The position numbers and the translations under genes are program-made. Below, piece by piece: positions 15,001 through 30,000 of a stretch of 64,000 nucleotides of DNA. Positions within the stretch are counted from its first letter, which is position 1. Each line of letters starts with the position of its first letter. Origin of the DNA: Eledone cirrhosa (taxonomy: Eukaryota); NCBI GenBank assembly GCA_964016885.1, contig OZ024757.1:11594001-11658000 (forward strand), read 5' to 3'. The notes under the pieces were generated by a model. It had not been told where the DNA came from and did not search any database. It saw nothing but the letters and a program-made list of their open reading frames with translations.

Positions 15001-18000
15001 CATATCTGTGTTTATAATGTAAAAGAAATTAAGTTAGCTAGAATGAAATATACTAATTATAATATTACAGTTTGCCTACCTCGATTTAAAATAATAAATC
15101 AATAAAAACACACAGTATTGGCAAATGGCCATGGTGTTTAGACAAATTTAAATTTCAAAATCAAACCTGTTCCTTAGATAAGTTTAAACTTTAAAATCCA
15201 AATATGTTTCGAGATGAATAAGTGTAAGTATATCATGTCCAGCTCACATCAGTAAACACCCTGAACAAATTGATATGCTTCACTACTAAATATTTTAAAA
15301 GAATGTTTAACGCACATAGTTTTCCAGATTCTAGCCAGCCTCATACGCGTACTGCTAGAAATAACAGCCGTATATATGGGGCTACTATCAGCTCAACGTA
15401 AGGAGCAATTATATTAAGTGTATTGACTTCTAAACTCAAGCATTCCTTTACAATGAAATAGCTCAAAGAAAGAAATATTTCTGAGCCGTATAATACAAGT
15501 AAATATAAGTTAATATATATGATGAAACACAAATACCAACATATCGGTGTTTATATTGTAAAAGAAATTAAGTTAGTTATTATGAAATATACTAATTATA
15601 ATATTACAGTTTGCCTATCTCCATTTAAAATAATAAATCAATAAAAACACACAGTATTGGCAAATGGCCATGGTGTTTAGACAAATTTAAATTTCAAAAT
15701 CAAACCTGTTCCATAGATAAGTTTAAACTTTAAAATCCAAATATGTTTCGAGATGAATAAGTGTAAGGATATCATGTCCAGCTCACATCAGTAAACACCC
15801 TGAACAAATTGATATGCTTCACTTCTAAATATTTTAAAAGACTGTTTAACGCATATAGTTTTCCAGATTCTAGCCAGCCTCATACGCGTACTGCTAGAAA
15901 TAACAGCCGTATATATGGGGCTACTATGAGCTCAACGTAAGGAGCAATTATATTAAGTGTATTGACTTCAAAACTCAAGCATTCCTTTACAATGAAATAG
16001 CTCAAAGAAAGAAATATTTCTGAGCCGTATAATACAAGTAAATATAAATTAATATATATGATGAAACACAAATACCAACATATCTGTGTTTATATTGTAA
16101 AAGAAATTTAGTTAGCTAGAATGAAATATACTAATTATAATATTACAATTTGCCTATCTCGATTAAAAATAATAAATCAATAAAAACAAACAGTATTGGC
16201 AAATGGCCATGGTGTTTAGACAAATTTAAATTTCAAAATCGAACCTGTTCCATTCATAAGTTTAAACTTTAAAATCCAAATATGTTTCGAGATGAATGTA
16301 AGGATATCATGTCCATCTCACATCAGTAAACACCCTGAACATATTGATATGCTTCACTTCTAAATATTTTAAAAGACTGTTTAACGCACATAGTTTTCCA
16401 GATTCTAGCCAGCCTCATACACGTACTGCTAGAAATAACAGTCGTATATATGGGGCTACTATCAGCTCAACGTAAGGAGCAATTATATTAAGTGTATTGA
16501 GTTCAAAACTCAAGCATTCCTTTACAATGAAATAGCTCAAAGTAAGAAATATTTCTGTGCCGTATAATACAAGTAAATATAATTAATATATATGATGAAA
16601 CACAAATACCAACATATCTGTGTTTATAATGTAAAAGAAATTAAGTTAGCTAGAATGAAATATACTAATTATAATATTACAGTTTGCCTATCTCGATTTA
16701 AAATAATAAATCAATAAAAACACACAGTATTGGCAAATGGCCATGGTGTTTAGACAAATTTAAATTTCAAAATCAAACCTGTTCCTTAGATAAGTTTAAA
16801 CTTTAAAATCCAAATATGTTTCGAGATGAATAAGTGTAAGGATATCATGTCCAGCTCACATCAGTAAACACCCTGAACAAATTGATATGCTTCACTTCTA
16901 AATATTTTAAAAGAATGTTTAACGCACATAGTTTTCCAGATTCTAGCCAGCCTCATACGCGTACTGCTAGAAATAACAGCCGTATATATGGGGCTACTAT
17001 CAGCTCAACGTAAGGAGCAATTATATTAAGTGTATTGACTTCAAAACTCAAGCATTCCTTTACAATGAAATAGCTCAAAGAAAAAAATATTTCTGAGCCG
17101 AATAATACAAGTAAATATAAGTTAATATATATGATGAAACACAAATACCAACATATCGGTGTTTATATTGTAAAAGAAATTAAGTTAGTTAGTATGAAAT
17201 ATACTAATTATAATATTACAGTTTGCCTATCTCCATTTAAAATAATAAATCAATAAAAACACACAGTATTGGCAAATGGCCATGGTGTTTAGACAAATTT
17301 AAATTTCAAAATCAAACCTGTTCCATAGATAAGTTTAAACTTTAAAATCCAAATATGTTTCGAGATGAATAAGTGTAAGGATATCATGTCCAGCTCACAT
17401 CAGTAAACACCCTGAACAAATTGATATGCTTCACTTCTAAATATTTTAAAAGACTGTTTAACGCACATAGTTTTCCAGATTCTAGCCAGCCTCATACGCG
17501 TACTGCTAGAAATAACAGCCGTATATATGGGGCTACTATCAGCTCAACGTAAGGAGCAATTATATTAAGTGTATTGACTTCTAAACTCAAGCATTCCTTT
17601 ACAATGAAATAGCTCAAAGAAAGAAATATTTCTGAGCCGTATAATACAAGTAAATATAAGTTAATATATATGATGAAACACAAATACCAACATATCTGTG
17701 TTTATATTGTAAACGAAATTAAGTTAGCTAGAATGAAATATACTAATTATAATATTACAATTTGCCTATCTCGATTAAAAATAATAAATCAATAAAAACA
17801 AACAGTATTGGCAAATGGCCATGGTGTTTAGACAAATTTAAATTTCAAAATCGAACCTGTTCCATTCATAAGTTTAAACTTTAAAATCCAAATATGTTTC
17901 GAGATGAATGTAAGGATATCATGTCCAGCTCACATCATTAAACACCCTGAACAAATTGATATGCTTCACTTCTAAATATTTTAAAAGACTGTTTAACGCA

Positions 18001-21000
18001 CATAGTTTTCCAGATTCTAGCCAGCCTCATACGCGTACTGCCAGAAATAACAGTCGTATATATGGGGCTACTATCAGCTCAACGTAAGGAGCAATTATAT
18101 TAAGTGTATTGAGTTCAAAACTCAAGCATTCCTTTACAATGAAATAGCTCAAAGTAAGAAATATTTCTGTGCCGTATAATACAAGTAAATATAATTAATA
18201 TATATGATGAAACACAAATACCAACATACCTGTGTTTATAATGTAAAAGAAATTAAGTTAGCTAGAATGAAATATACTAATTATAATATTACAGTTTGCC
18301 TATTATCGATTTAAAATAATAAATCAATAAAAACACACAGTATTGGCAAATGGCCATGGTGTTTAGACAAATTTAAATTTCAAAATCAAACCTGTTCCTT
18401 AGATAAGTTTAAACTTTAAAATCCAAATATGTTTCGAGATGAATAAGTGTAAGGATATCATGTCCAGCTCACATCAGTAAACACCCTGAACAAATTGATA
18501 TGCTTCACTTCTAAATATTTTAAAAGAATGTTTAACGCACATAGTTTTCCAGATTCTAGCCAGCCTCATACGCGTACTGCTAGAAATAACAGCCGTATAT
18601 ATGGGGCTACTATCAGCTCAACGTAAGGAGCAATTATATTAAGTGTATTGACTTCAAAACTCAAGCATTCCTTTACAATGAAATAGCTCAAAGAAAGAAA
18701 TATTTCTGAGCCGAATAATACAAGTAAATATAAGTTAATATATATGATGAAACACAAATACCAACATATCGGTGTTTATATTGTAAAAGAAATTAAGTTA
18801 GTTAGTATGAAATATACTAATTGTAATATTACAGTTTGCCTATCTCCATTTAAAATAATAAATCAATAAAAACACACAGTATTGGCAAATGGCCATGGTG
18901 TTTAGACAAATTTAAATTTCAAAATCAAACCTGTTCCATAGATAAGTTTAAACTTTAAAATCCAAATATGTTTCGAGATGAATAAGTGTAAGGATATCAT
19001 GTCCAGCTCACATCAGTAAACACCCTGAACAAATTGATATGCTTCACTTCTAAATATTTTAAAAGACTGTTTAACGCATATAGTTTTCCAGATTCTAGCC
19101 AGCCTCATACGCGTACTGCTAGAAATAACAGCCGTATATATGGGGCTACTATGAGCTCAACGTAAGGAGCAATTATATTAAGTGTATTGACTTCAAAACT
19201 CAAGCATTCCTTTACAATGAAATAGCTCAAAGAAAGAAATATTTCTGAGCCGTATAATACAAGTAAATATAAATTAATATATATGATGAAACACAAATAC
19301 CAACATATCTGTGTTTATATTGTAAAAGAAATTTAGTTAGCTAGAATGAAATATACTAATTATAATATTACAATTTGCCTATCTCGATTAAAAATAATAA
19401 ATCAATAAAAACAAACAGTATTGGCAAATGGCCATGGTGTTTAGACAAATTTAAATTTCAAAATCGAACCTGTTCCATTCATAAGTTTAAACTTTAAAAT
19501 CCAAATATGTTTCGAGATGAATGTAAGGATATCATGTCCAGCTCACATCAGTAAACACCCTGAACAAATTGATATGCTTCACTTCTAAATATTTTAAAAG
19601 ACTGTTTAACGCACATAGTTTTCCAGATTCTAGCCAGCCTCATACGCGTACTGCTAGAAATAACAGTCGTATATATGGGGCTACTATCAGCTCAACGTAA
19701 GGAGCAATTATATTAAGTGTATTGAGTTCAAAACTCAAGCATTCCTTTACAATGAAATAGCTCAAAGTAAGAAATATTTCTGTGCCGTATAATACAAGTA
19801 AATATAATTAATATATATGATGAAACACAAATACCAACATATCTGTGTTTATAATGTAAAAGAAATTAAGTTAGCTAGAATGAAATATACTAATTATAAT
19901 ATTACAGTTTGCCTATTATCGATTTAAAATAATAAATCAATAAAAACACACAGTATTGGCAAATGGCCATGGTGTTTAGACAAATTTAAATTTCAAAATC
20001 AAACCTGTTCCTTAGATAAGTTTAAACTTTAAAATCCAAATATGTTTCGAGATGAATAAGTGTAAGGATATCATGTCCAGCTCACATCAGTAAACACCCT
20101 GAACAAATTGATATGCTTCACTTCTAAATATTTTAAAAGAATGTTTAACGCACATAGTTTTCCAGATTCTAGCCAGCCTCATACGCGTACTGCTAGAAAT
20201 AACAGCCGTATATATGGGGCTACTATCAGCTCAACGTAAGGAGCAATTATATTAAGTGTATTGACTTCAAAACTCAAGCATTCCTTTACAATGAAATAGC
20301 TCAAAGAAAGAAATATTTCTGAGCCGAATAATACAAGTAAATATAAGTTAATATATATGATGAAACACAAATACCAACATATCGGTGTTTATATTGTAAA
20401 AGAAATTAAGTTAGTTAGTATGAAATATACTAATTATAATATTACAGTTTGCCTATCTCCATTTAAAATAATAAATCAATAAAAACACACAGTATTGGCA
20501 AATGGCCATGGTGTTTAGACAAATTTAAATTTCAAAATCAAACCTGTTCCATAGATAAGTTTAAACTTTAAAATCCAAATATGTTTCGAGATGAATAAGT
20601 GTAAGGATATCATGTCCAGCTCACATCAATAAACACCCTGAACAAATTGATATGCTTCACTTCTAAATATTTTAAAAGACTGTTTAACGCACATAGTTTT
20701 CCAGATTCTAGCCAGCCTCATACGCGTACTGCTAGAAATAACAGCCGTATATATGGGGCTACTATCAGCTCAACGTAAGGAGCAATTATATTAAGTGTAT
20801 TGACTTCTAAACTCAAGCATTCCTTTACAATGAAATAGCTCAAAGAAAGAAATATTTCTGAGCCGTATAATACAAGTAAATATAAGTTAATATATATGAT
20901 GAAACACAAATACCAACATATCTGTGTTTATATTGTAAACGAAATTAAGTTAGCTAGAATGAAATATACTAATTATAATATTACAGTTTGCCTATCTCGA

Positions 21001-24000
21001 TTTAAAATAATAAATCAATAAAAACACACAATATTGGCAAACGGCCATGGTGTTTAGACAAATTTAAATTTCAAAATCAAACCTGTTCCATAGATAAGTT
21101 TAAACTTTAAAATCCAAATATGTTTCGAGATGAATAAGTGTAAGGATATCATGTCCAGCTGACATCAGTAAACACCCTGAACAAATTGATATGCTTCACA
21201 TCTAAATACTTTAAAAGACTGTTTAACGCACATAGTTTTCCAGATTCTAGCCAGCCTCATACGCGTACTGCTAGAAATAACAGCCGTATATATGGGGCTA
21301 CTATCAGCTCAACGTAAGGAGCAATTATATTAAGTGTATTGAGTTCAAAACTCAAGCATTCCTTTACAATGAAATAGCTCAAAGTAAGAAATATTTCTGT
21401 GCCGTATAATACAAGTAAATATAATTAATATATATGATGAAACACAAATACCAACATATCTGTGTTTATAATGTAAAAGAAATTGAGTTAGCTAGAATGA
21501 AATATACTAATTATAATATTACAGTTTGCCTATCTCGATTTAAAATAATAAATCAATGAAAATACACAGTATTGGCAAATGGCCATGGTGTTTAGACAAA
21601 TTTAAATTTCAAAATCAAACCTGTTCCTTAGATAAGTTTAAACTTTAAAATCCAAATATGTTTCGAGATGAATAAGTGTAAGGATATCATGTCCAGCTCA
21701 CATCAGTAAACACCCTGAACAAATTGATATGCTTCACTTCTAAATATTTTAAAAGAATGTTTAACGCACATAGTTTTCCAGATTCTAGCCAGCCTCATAC
21801 GCGTACTGCTAGAAATAACAGCCGTATATATGGGGCTACTATCAGCTCAACGTAAGGAGCAATTATATTAAGTGTATTGACTTCAAAACTCAAGCATTCC
21901 TTTACAATGAAATAGCTCAAAGAAAAAAATATTTCTGAGCCGAATAATACAAGTAAATATAAGTTAATATATATGATGAAACACAAATACCAACATATCG
22001 GTGTTTATATTGTAAAAGAAATTAAGTTAGTTAGTATGAAATATACTAATTATAATATTACAGTTTGCCTATCTCCATTTAAAATAATAAATCAATAAAA
22101 ACACACAGTATTGGCAAATGGCCATGGTGTTTAGACAAATTTAAATTTCAAAATCAAACCTGTTCCATAGATAAGTTTAAACTTTAAAATCCAAATATGT
22201 TTCGAGATGAATAAGTGTAAGGATATCATGTCCAGCTCACATCAGTAAACACCCTGAACAAATTGATATGCTTCACTTCTAAATATTTTAAAAGACTGTT
22301 TAACGCACATAGTTTTCCAGATTCTAGCCAGCCTCATACGCGTACTGCTAGAAATAACAGCCGTATATATGGGGCTACTATCAGCTCAACGTAAGGAGCA
22401 ATTATATTAAGTGTATTGACTTCTAAACTCAAGCATTCCTTTACAATGAAATAACTCAAAGAAAGAAATATTTCTGAGCCGTATAATACAAGTAAATATA
22501 AGTTAATATATATGATGAAACACAAATACCAACATATCTGTGTTTATATTGTAAACGAAATTAAGTTAGCTAGAATGAAATATACTAATTATAATATTAC
22601 AATTTGCCTATCTCGATTAAAAATAATAAATCAATAAAAACAAACAGTATTGGCAAATGGCCATGGTGTTTAGACAAATTTAAATTTCAAAATCGAACCT
22701 GTTCCATTCATAAGTTTAAACTTTAAAATCCAAATATGTTTCGAGATGAATGTAAGGATATCATGTCCAGCTCACATCATTAAACACCCTGAACAAATTG
22801 ATATGCTTCACTTCTAAATATTTTAAAAGACTGTTTAACGCACATAGTTTTCCAGATTCTAGCCAGCCTCATACGCGTACTGCCAGAAATAACAGTCGTA
22901 TATATGGGGCTACTATCAGCTCAACGTAAGGAGCAATTATATTAAGTGTATTGAGTTCAAAACTCAAGCATTCCTTTACAATGAAATAGCTCAAAGTAAG
23001 AAATATTTCTGTGCCGTATAATACAAGTAAATATAATTAATATATATGATGAAACACAAATACCAACATACCTGTGTTTATAATGTAAAAGAAATTAAGT
23101 TAGCTAGAATGAAATATACTAATTATAATATTACAGTTTGCCTATTATCGATTTAAAATAATAAATCAATAAAAACACACAGTATTGGCAAATGGCCATG
23201 GTGTTTAGACAAATTTAAATTTCAAAATCAAACCTGTTCCTTAGATAAGTTTAAACTTTAAAATCCAAATATGTTTCGAGATGAATAAGTGTAAGGATAT
23301 CATGTCCAGCTCACATCAGTAAACACCCTGAACAAATTGATATGCTTCACTTCTAAATATTTTAAAAGAATGTTTAACGCACATAGTTTTCCAGATTCTA
23401 GCCAGCCTCATACGCGTACTGCTAGAAATAACAGCCGTATATATGGGGCTACTATCAGCTCAACGTAAGGAGCAATTATATTAAGTGTATTGACTTCAAA
23501 ACTCAAGCATTCCTTTACAATGAAATAGCTCAAAGAAAGAAATATTTCTGAGCCGAATAATACAAGTAAATATAAGTTAATATATATGATGAAACACAAA
23601 TACCAACATATCGGTGTTTATATTGTAAAAGAAATTAAGTTAGTTAGTATGAAATATACTAATTGTAATATTACAGTTTGCCTATCTCCATTTAAAATAA
23701 TAAATCAATAAAAACACACAGTATTGGCAAATGGCCATGGTGTTTAGACAAATTTAAATTTCAAAATCAAACCTGTTCCATAGATAAGTTTAAACTTTAA
23801 AATCCAAATATGTTTCGAGATGAATAAGTGTAAGGATATCATGTCCAGCTCACATCAGTAAACACCCTGAACAAATTGATATGCTTCACTTCTAAATATT
23901 TTAAAAGACTGTTTAACGCATATAGTTTTCCAGATTCTAGCCAGCCTCATACGCGTACTGCTAGAAATAACAGCCGTATATATGGGGCTACTATGAGCTC

Positions 24001-27000
24001 AACGTAAGGAGCAATTATATTAAGTGTATTGACTTCAAAACTCAAGCATTCCTTTACAATGAAATAGCTCAAAGAAAGAAATATTTCTGAGCCGTATAAT
24101 ACAAGTAAATATAAATTAATATATATGATGAAACACAAATACCAACATATCTGTGTTTATATTGTAAAAGAAATTTAGTTAGCTAGAATGAAATATACTA
24201 ATTATAATATTACAATTTGCCTATCTCGATTAAAAATAATAAATCAATAAAAACAAACAGTATTGGCAAATGGCCATGGTGTTTAGACAAATTTAAATTT
24301 CAAAATCGAACCTGTTCCATTCATAAGTTTAAACTTTAAAATCCAAATATGTTTCGAGATGAATGTAAGGATATCATGTCCAGCTCACATCAGTAAACAC
24401 CCTGAACAAATTGATATGCTTCACTTCTAAATATTTTAAAAGACTGTTTAACGCACATAGTTTTCCAGATTCTAGCCAGCCTCATACGCGTACTGCTAGA
24501 AATAACAGTCGTATATATGGGGCTACTATCAGCTCAACGTAAGGAGCAATTATATTAAGTGTATTGAGTTCAAAACTCAAGCATTCCTTTACAATGAAAT
24601 AGCTCAAAGTAAGAAATATTTCTGTGCCGTATAATACAAGTAAATATAATTAATATATATGATGAAACACAAATACCAACATATCTGTGTTTATAATGTA
24701 AAAGAAATTAAGTTAGCTAGAATGAAATATACTAATTATAATATTACAGTTTGCCTATTATCGATTTAAAATAATAAATCAATAAAAACACACAGTATTG
24801 GCAAATGGCCATGGTGTTTAGACAAATTTAAATTTCAAAATCAAACCTGTTCCTTAGATAAGTTTAAACTTTAAAATCCAAATATGTTTCGAGATGAATA
24901 AGTGTAAGGATATCATGTCCAGCTCACATCAGTAAACACCCTGAACAAATTGATATGCTTCACTTCTAAATATTTTAAAAGAATGTTTAACGCACATAGT
25001 TTTCCAGATTCTAGCCAGCCTCATACGCGTACTGCTAGAAATAACAGCCGTATATATGGGGCTACTATCAGCTCAACGTAAGGAGCAATTATATTAAGTG
25101 TATTGACTTCAAAACTCAAGCATTCCTTTACAATGAAATAGCTCAAAGAAAGAAATATTTCTGAGCCGAATAATACAAGTAAATATAAGTTAATATATAT
25201 GATGAAACACAAATACCAACATATCGGTGTTTATATTGTAAAAGAAATTAAGTTAGTTAGTATGAAATATACTAATTATAATATTACAGTTTGCCTATCT
25301 CCATTTAAAATAATAAATCAATAAAAACACACAGTATTGGCAAATGGCCATGGTGTTTAGACAAATTTAAATTTCAAAATCAAACCTGTTCCATAGATAA
25401 GTTTAAACTTTAAAATCCAAATATGTTTCGAGATGAATAAGTGTAAGGATATCATGTCCAGCTCACATCAATAAACACCCTGAACAAATTGATATGCTTC
25501 ACTTCTAAATATTTTAAAAGACTGTTTAACGCACATAGTTTTCCAGATTCTAGCCAGCCTCATACGCGTACTGCTAGAAATAACAGCCGTATATATGGGG
25601 CTACTATCAGCTCAACGTAAGGAGCAATTATATTAAGTGTATTGACTTCTAAACTCAAGCATTCCTTTACAATGAAATAGCTCAAAGAAAGAAATATTTC
25701 TGAGCCGTATAATACAAGTAAATATAAGTTAATATATATGATGAAACACAAATACCAACATATCTGTGTTTATATTGTAAACGAAATTAAGTTAGCTAGA
25801 ATGAAATATACTAATTATAATATTACAGTTTGCCTATCTCGATTTAAAATAATAAATCAATAAAAACACACAATATTGGCAAACGGCCATGGTGTTTAGA
25901 CAAATTTAAATTTCAAAATCAAACCTGTTCCATAGATAAGTTTAAACTTTAAAATCCAAATATGTTTCGAGATGAATAAGTGTAAGGATATCATGTCCAG
26001 CTGACATCAGTAAACACCCTGAACAAATTGATATGCTTCACATCTAAATACTTTAAAAGACTGTTTAACGCACATAGTTTTCCAGATTCTAGCCAGCCTC
26101 ATACGCGTACTGCTAGAAATAACAGCCGTATATATGGGGCTACTATCAGCTCAACGTAAGGAGCAATTATATTAAGTGTATTGAGTTCAAAACTCAAGCA
26201 TTCCTTTACAATGAAATAGCTCAAAGTAAGAAATATTTCTGTGCCGTATAATACAAGTAAATATAATTAATATATATGATGAAACACAAATACCAACATA
26301 TCTGTGTTTATAATGTAAAAGAAATTGAGTTAGCTAGAATGAAATATACTAATTATAATATTACAGTTTGCCTATCTCGATTTAAAATAATAAATCAATG
26401 AAAATACACAGTATTGGCAAATGGCCATGGTGTTTAGACAAATTTAAATTTCAAAATCAAACCTGTTCCTTAGATAAGTTTAAACTTTAAAATCCAAATA
26501 TGTTTCGAGATGAATAAGTGTAAGGATATCATGTCCAGCTCACATCAGTAAACACCCTGAACAAATTGATATGCTTCACTTCTAAATATTTTAAAAGAAT
26601 GTTTAACGCACATAGTTTTCCAGATTCTAGCCAGCCTCATACGCGTACTGCTAGAAATAACAGCCGTATATATGGGGCTACTATCAGCTCAACGTAAGGA
26701 GCAATTATATTAAGTGTATTGACTTCAAAACTCAAGCATTCCTTTACAATGAAATAGCTCAAAGAAAAAAATATTTCTGAGCCGAATAATACAAGTAAAT
26801 ATAAGTTAATATATATGATGAAACACAAATACCAACATATCGGTGTTTATATTGTAAAAGAAATTAAGTTAGTTAGTATGAAATATACTAATTATAATAT
26901 TACAGTTTGCCTATCTCCATTTAAAATAATAAATCAATAAAAACACACAGTATTGGCAAATGGCCATGGTGTTTAGACAAATTTAAATTTCAAAATCAAA

Positions 27001-30000
27001 CCTGTTCCATAGATAAGTTTAAACTTTAAAATCCAAATATGTTTCGAGATGAATAAGTGTAAGGATATCATGTCCAGCTCACATCAGTAAACACCCTGAA
27101 CAAATTGATATGCTTCACTTCTAAATATTTTAAAAGACTGTTTAACGCACATAGTTTTCCAGATTCTAGCCAGCCTCATACGCGTACTGCTAGAAATAAC
27201 AGCCGTATATATGGGGCTACTATCAGCTCAACGTAAGGAGCAATTATATTAAGTGTATTGACTTCTAAACTCAAGCATTCCTTTACAATGAAATAACTCA
27301 AAGAAAGAAATATTTCTGAGCCGTATAATACAAGTAAATATAAGTTAATATATATGATGAAACACAAATACCAACATATCTGTGTTTATATTGTAAACGA
27401 AATTAAGATAGCTAGAATGAAATATACTAATTATAATATTACAATTTGCCTATCTCGATTAAAAATAATAAATCAATAAAAACAAACAGTATTGGCAAAT
27501 GGCCATGGTGTTTAGACAAATTTAAATTTCAAAATCGAACCTGTTCCATTCATAAGTTTAAACTTTAAAATCCAAATATGTTTCGAGATGAATGTAAGGA
27601 TATCATGTCCAGCTCACATCAGTAAACACCCTGAACAAATTGATATGCTTCACTTCTAAATATTTTAAAAGACTGTTTAACGCACATAGTTTTCCAGATT
27701 CTAGCCAGCCTCATACGCGTACTGCTAGAAATAACAGTCGTATATATGGGGCTACTATCAGCTCAACGTAAGGAGCAATTATATTAAGTGTATTGAGTTC
27801 AAAACTCAAGCATTCCTTTACAATGAAATAGCTCAAAGTAAGAAATATTTCTGTGCCGTATAATACAAGTAAATATAATTAATATATATGATGAAACACA
27901 AATACCAACATATCTGTGTTTATAATGTAAAAGAAATTAAGTTAGCTAGAATGAAATATACTAATTATAATATTACAGTTTGCCTATTATCGATTTAAAA
28001 TAATAAATCAATAAAAACACACAGTATTGGCAAATGGCCATGGTGTTTAGACAAATTTAAATTTCAAAATCAAACCTGTTCCTTAGATAAGTTTAAACTT
28101 TAAAATCCAAATATGTTTCGAGATGAATAAGTGTAAGGATATCATGTCCAGCTCACATCAGTAAACACCCTGAACAAATTGATATGCTTCACTTCTAAAT
28201 ATTTTAAAAGAATGTTTAACGCACATAGTTTTCCAGATTCTAGCCAGCCTCATACGCGTACTGCTAGAAATAACAGCCGTATATATGGGGCTACTATCAG
28301 CTCAACGTAAGGAGCAATTATATTAAGTGTATTGACTTCAAAACTCAAGCATTCCTTTACAATGAAATAGCTCAAAGAAAGAAATATTTCTGAGCCGAAT
28401 AATACAAGTAAATATAAGTTAATATATATGATGAAACACAAATACCAACATATCGGTGTTTATATTGTAAAAGAAATTAAGTTAGTTAGTATGAAATATA
28501 CTAATTATAATATTACAGTTTGCCTATCTCCATTTAAAATAATAAATCAATAAAAACACACAGTATTGGCAAATGGCCATGGTGTTTAGACAAATTTAAA
28601 TTTCAAAATCAAACCTGTTCCATAGATAAGTTTAAACTTTAAAATCCAAATATGTTTCGAGATGAATAAGTGTAAGGATATCATGTCCAGCTCACATCAA
28701 TAAACACCCTGAACAAATTGATATGCTTCACTTCTAAATATTTTAAAAGACTGTTTAACGCACATAGTTTTCCAGATTCTAGCCAGCCTCATACGCGTAC
28801 TGCTAGAAATAACAGCCGTATATATGGGGCTACTATCAGCTCAACGTAAGGAGCAATTATATTAAGTGTATTGACTTCTAAACTCAAGCATTCCTTTACA
28901 ATGAAATAGCTCAAAGAAAGAAATATTTCTGAGCCGTATAATACAAGTAAATATAAGTTAATATATATGATGAAACACAAATACCAACATATCTGTGTTT
29001 ATATTGTAAACGAAATTAAGTTAGCTAGAATGAAATATACTAATTATAATATTACAGTTTGCCTATCTCGATTTAAAATAATAAATCAATAAAAACACAC
29101 AATATTGGCAAACGGCCATGGTGTTTAGACAAATTTAAATTTCAAAATCAAACCTGTTCCATAGATAAGTTTAAACTTTAAAATCCAAATATGTTTCGAG
29201 ATGAATAAGTGTAAGGATATCATGTCCAGCTGACATCAGTAAACACCCTGAACAAATTGATATGCTTCACATCTAAATACTTTAAAAGACTGTTTAACGC
29301 ACATAGTTTTCCAGATTCTAGCCAGCCTCATACGCGTACTGCTAGAAATAACAGCCGTATATATGGGGCTACTATCAGCTCAACGTAAGGAGCAATTATA
29401 TTAAGTGTATTGAGTTCAAAACTCAAGCATTCCTTTACAATGAAATAGCTCAAAGTAAGAAATATTTCTGTGCCGTATAATACAAGTAAATATAATTAAT
29501 ATATATGATGAAACACAAATACCAACATATCTGTGTTTATAATGTAAAAGAAATTGAGTTAGCTAGAATGAAATATACTAATTATAATATTACAGTTTGC
29601 CTATCTCGATTTAAAATAATAAATCAATGAAAATACACAGTATTGGCAAATGGCCATGGTGTTTAGACAAATTTAAATTTCAAAATCAAACCTGTTCCTT
29701 AGATAAGTTTAAACTTTAAAATCCAAATATGTTTCGAGATGAATAAGTGTAAGGATATCATGTCCAGCTCACATCAGTAAACACCCTGAACAAATTGATA
29801 TGCTTCACTTCTAAATATTTTAAAAGAATGTTTAACGCACATAGTTTTCCAGATTCTAGCCAGCCTCATACGCGTACTGCTAGAAATAACAGCCGTATAT
29901 ATGGGGCTACTATCAGCTCAACGTAAGGAGCAATTATATTAAGTGTATTGACTTCAAAACTCAAGCATTCCTTTACAATGAAATAGCTCAAAGAAAAAAA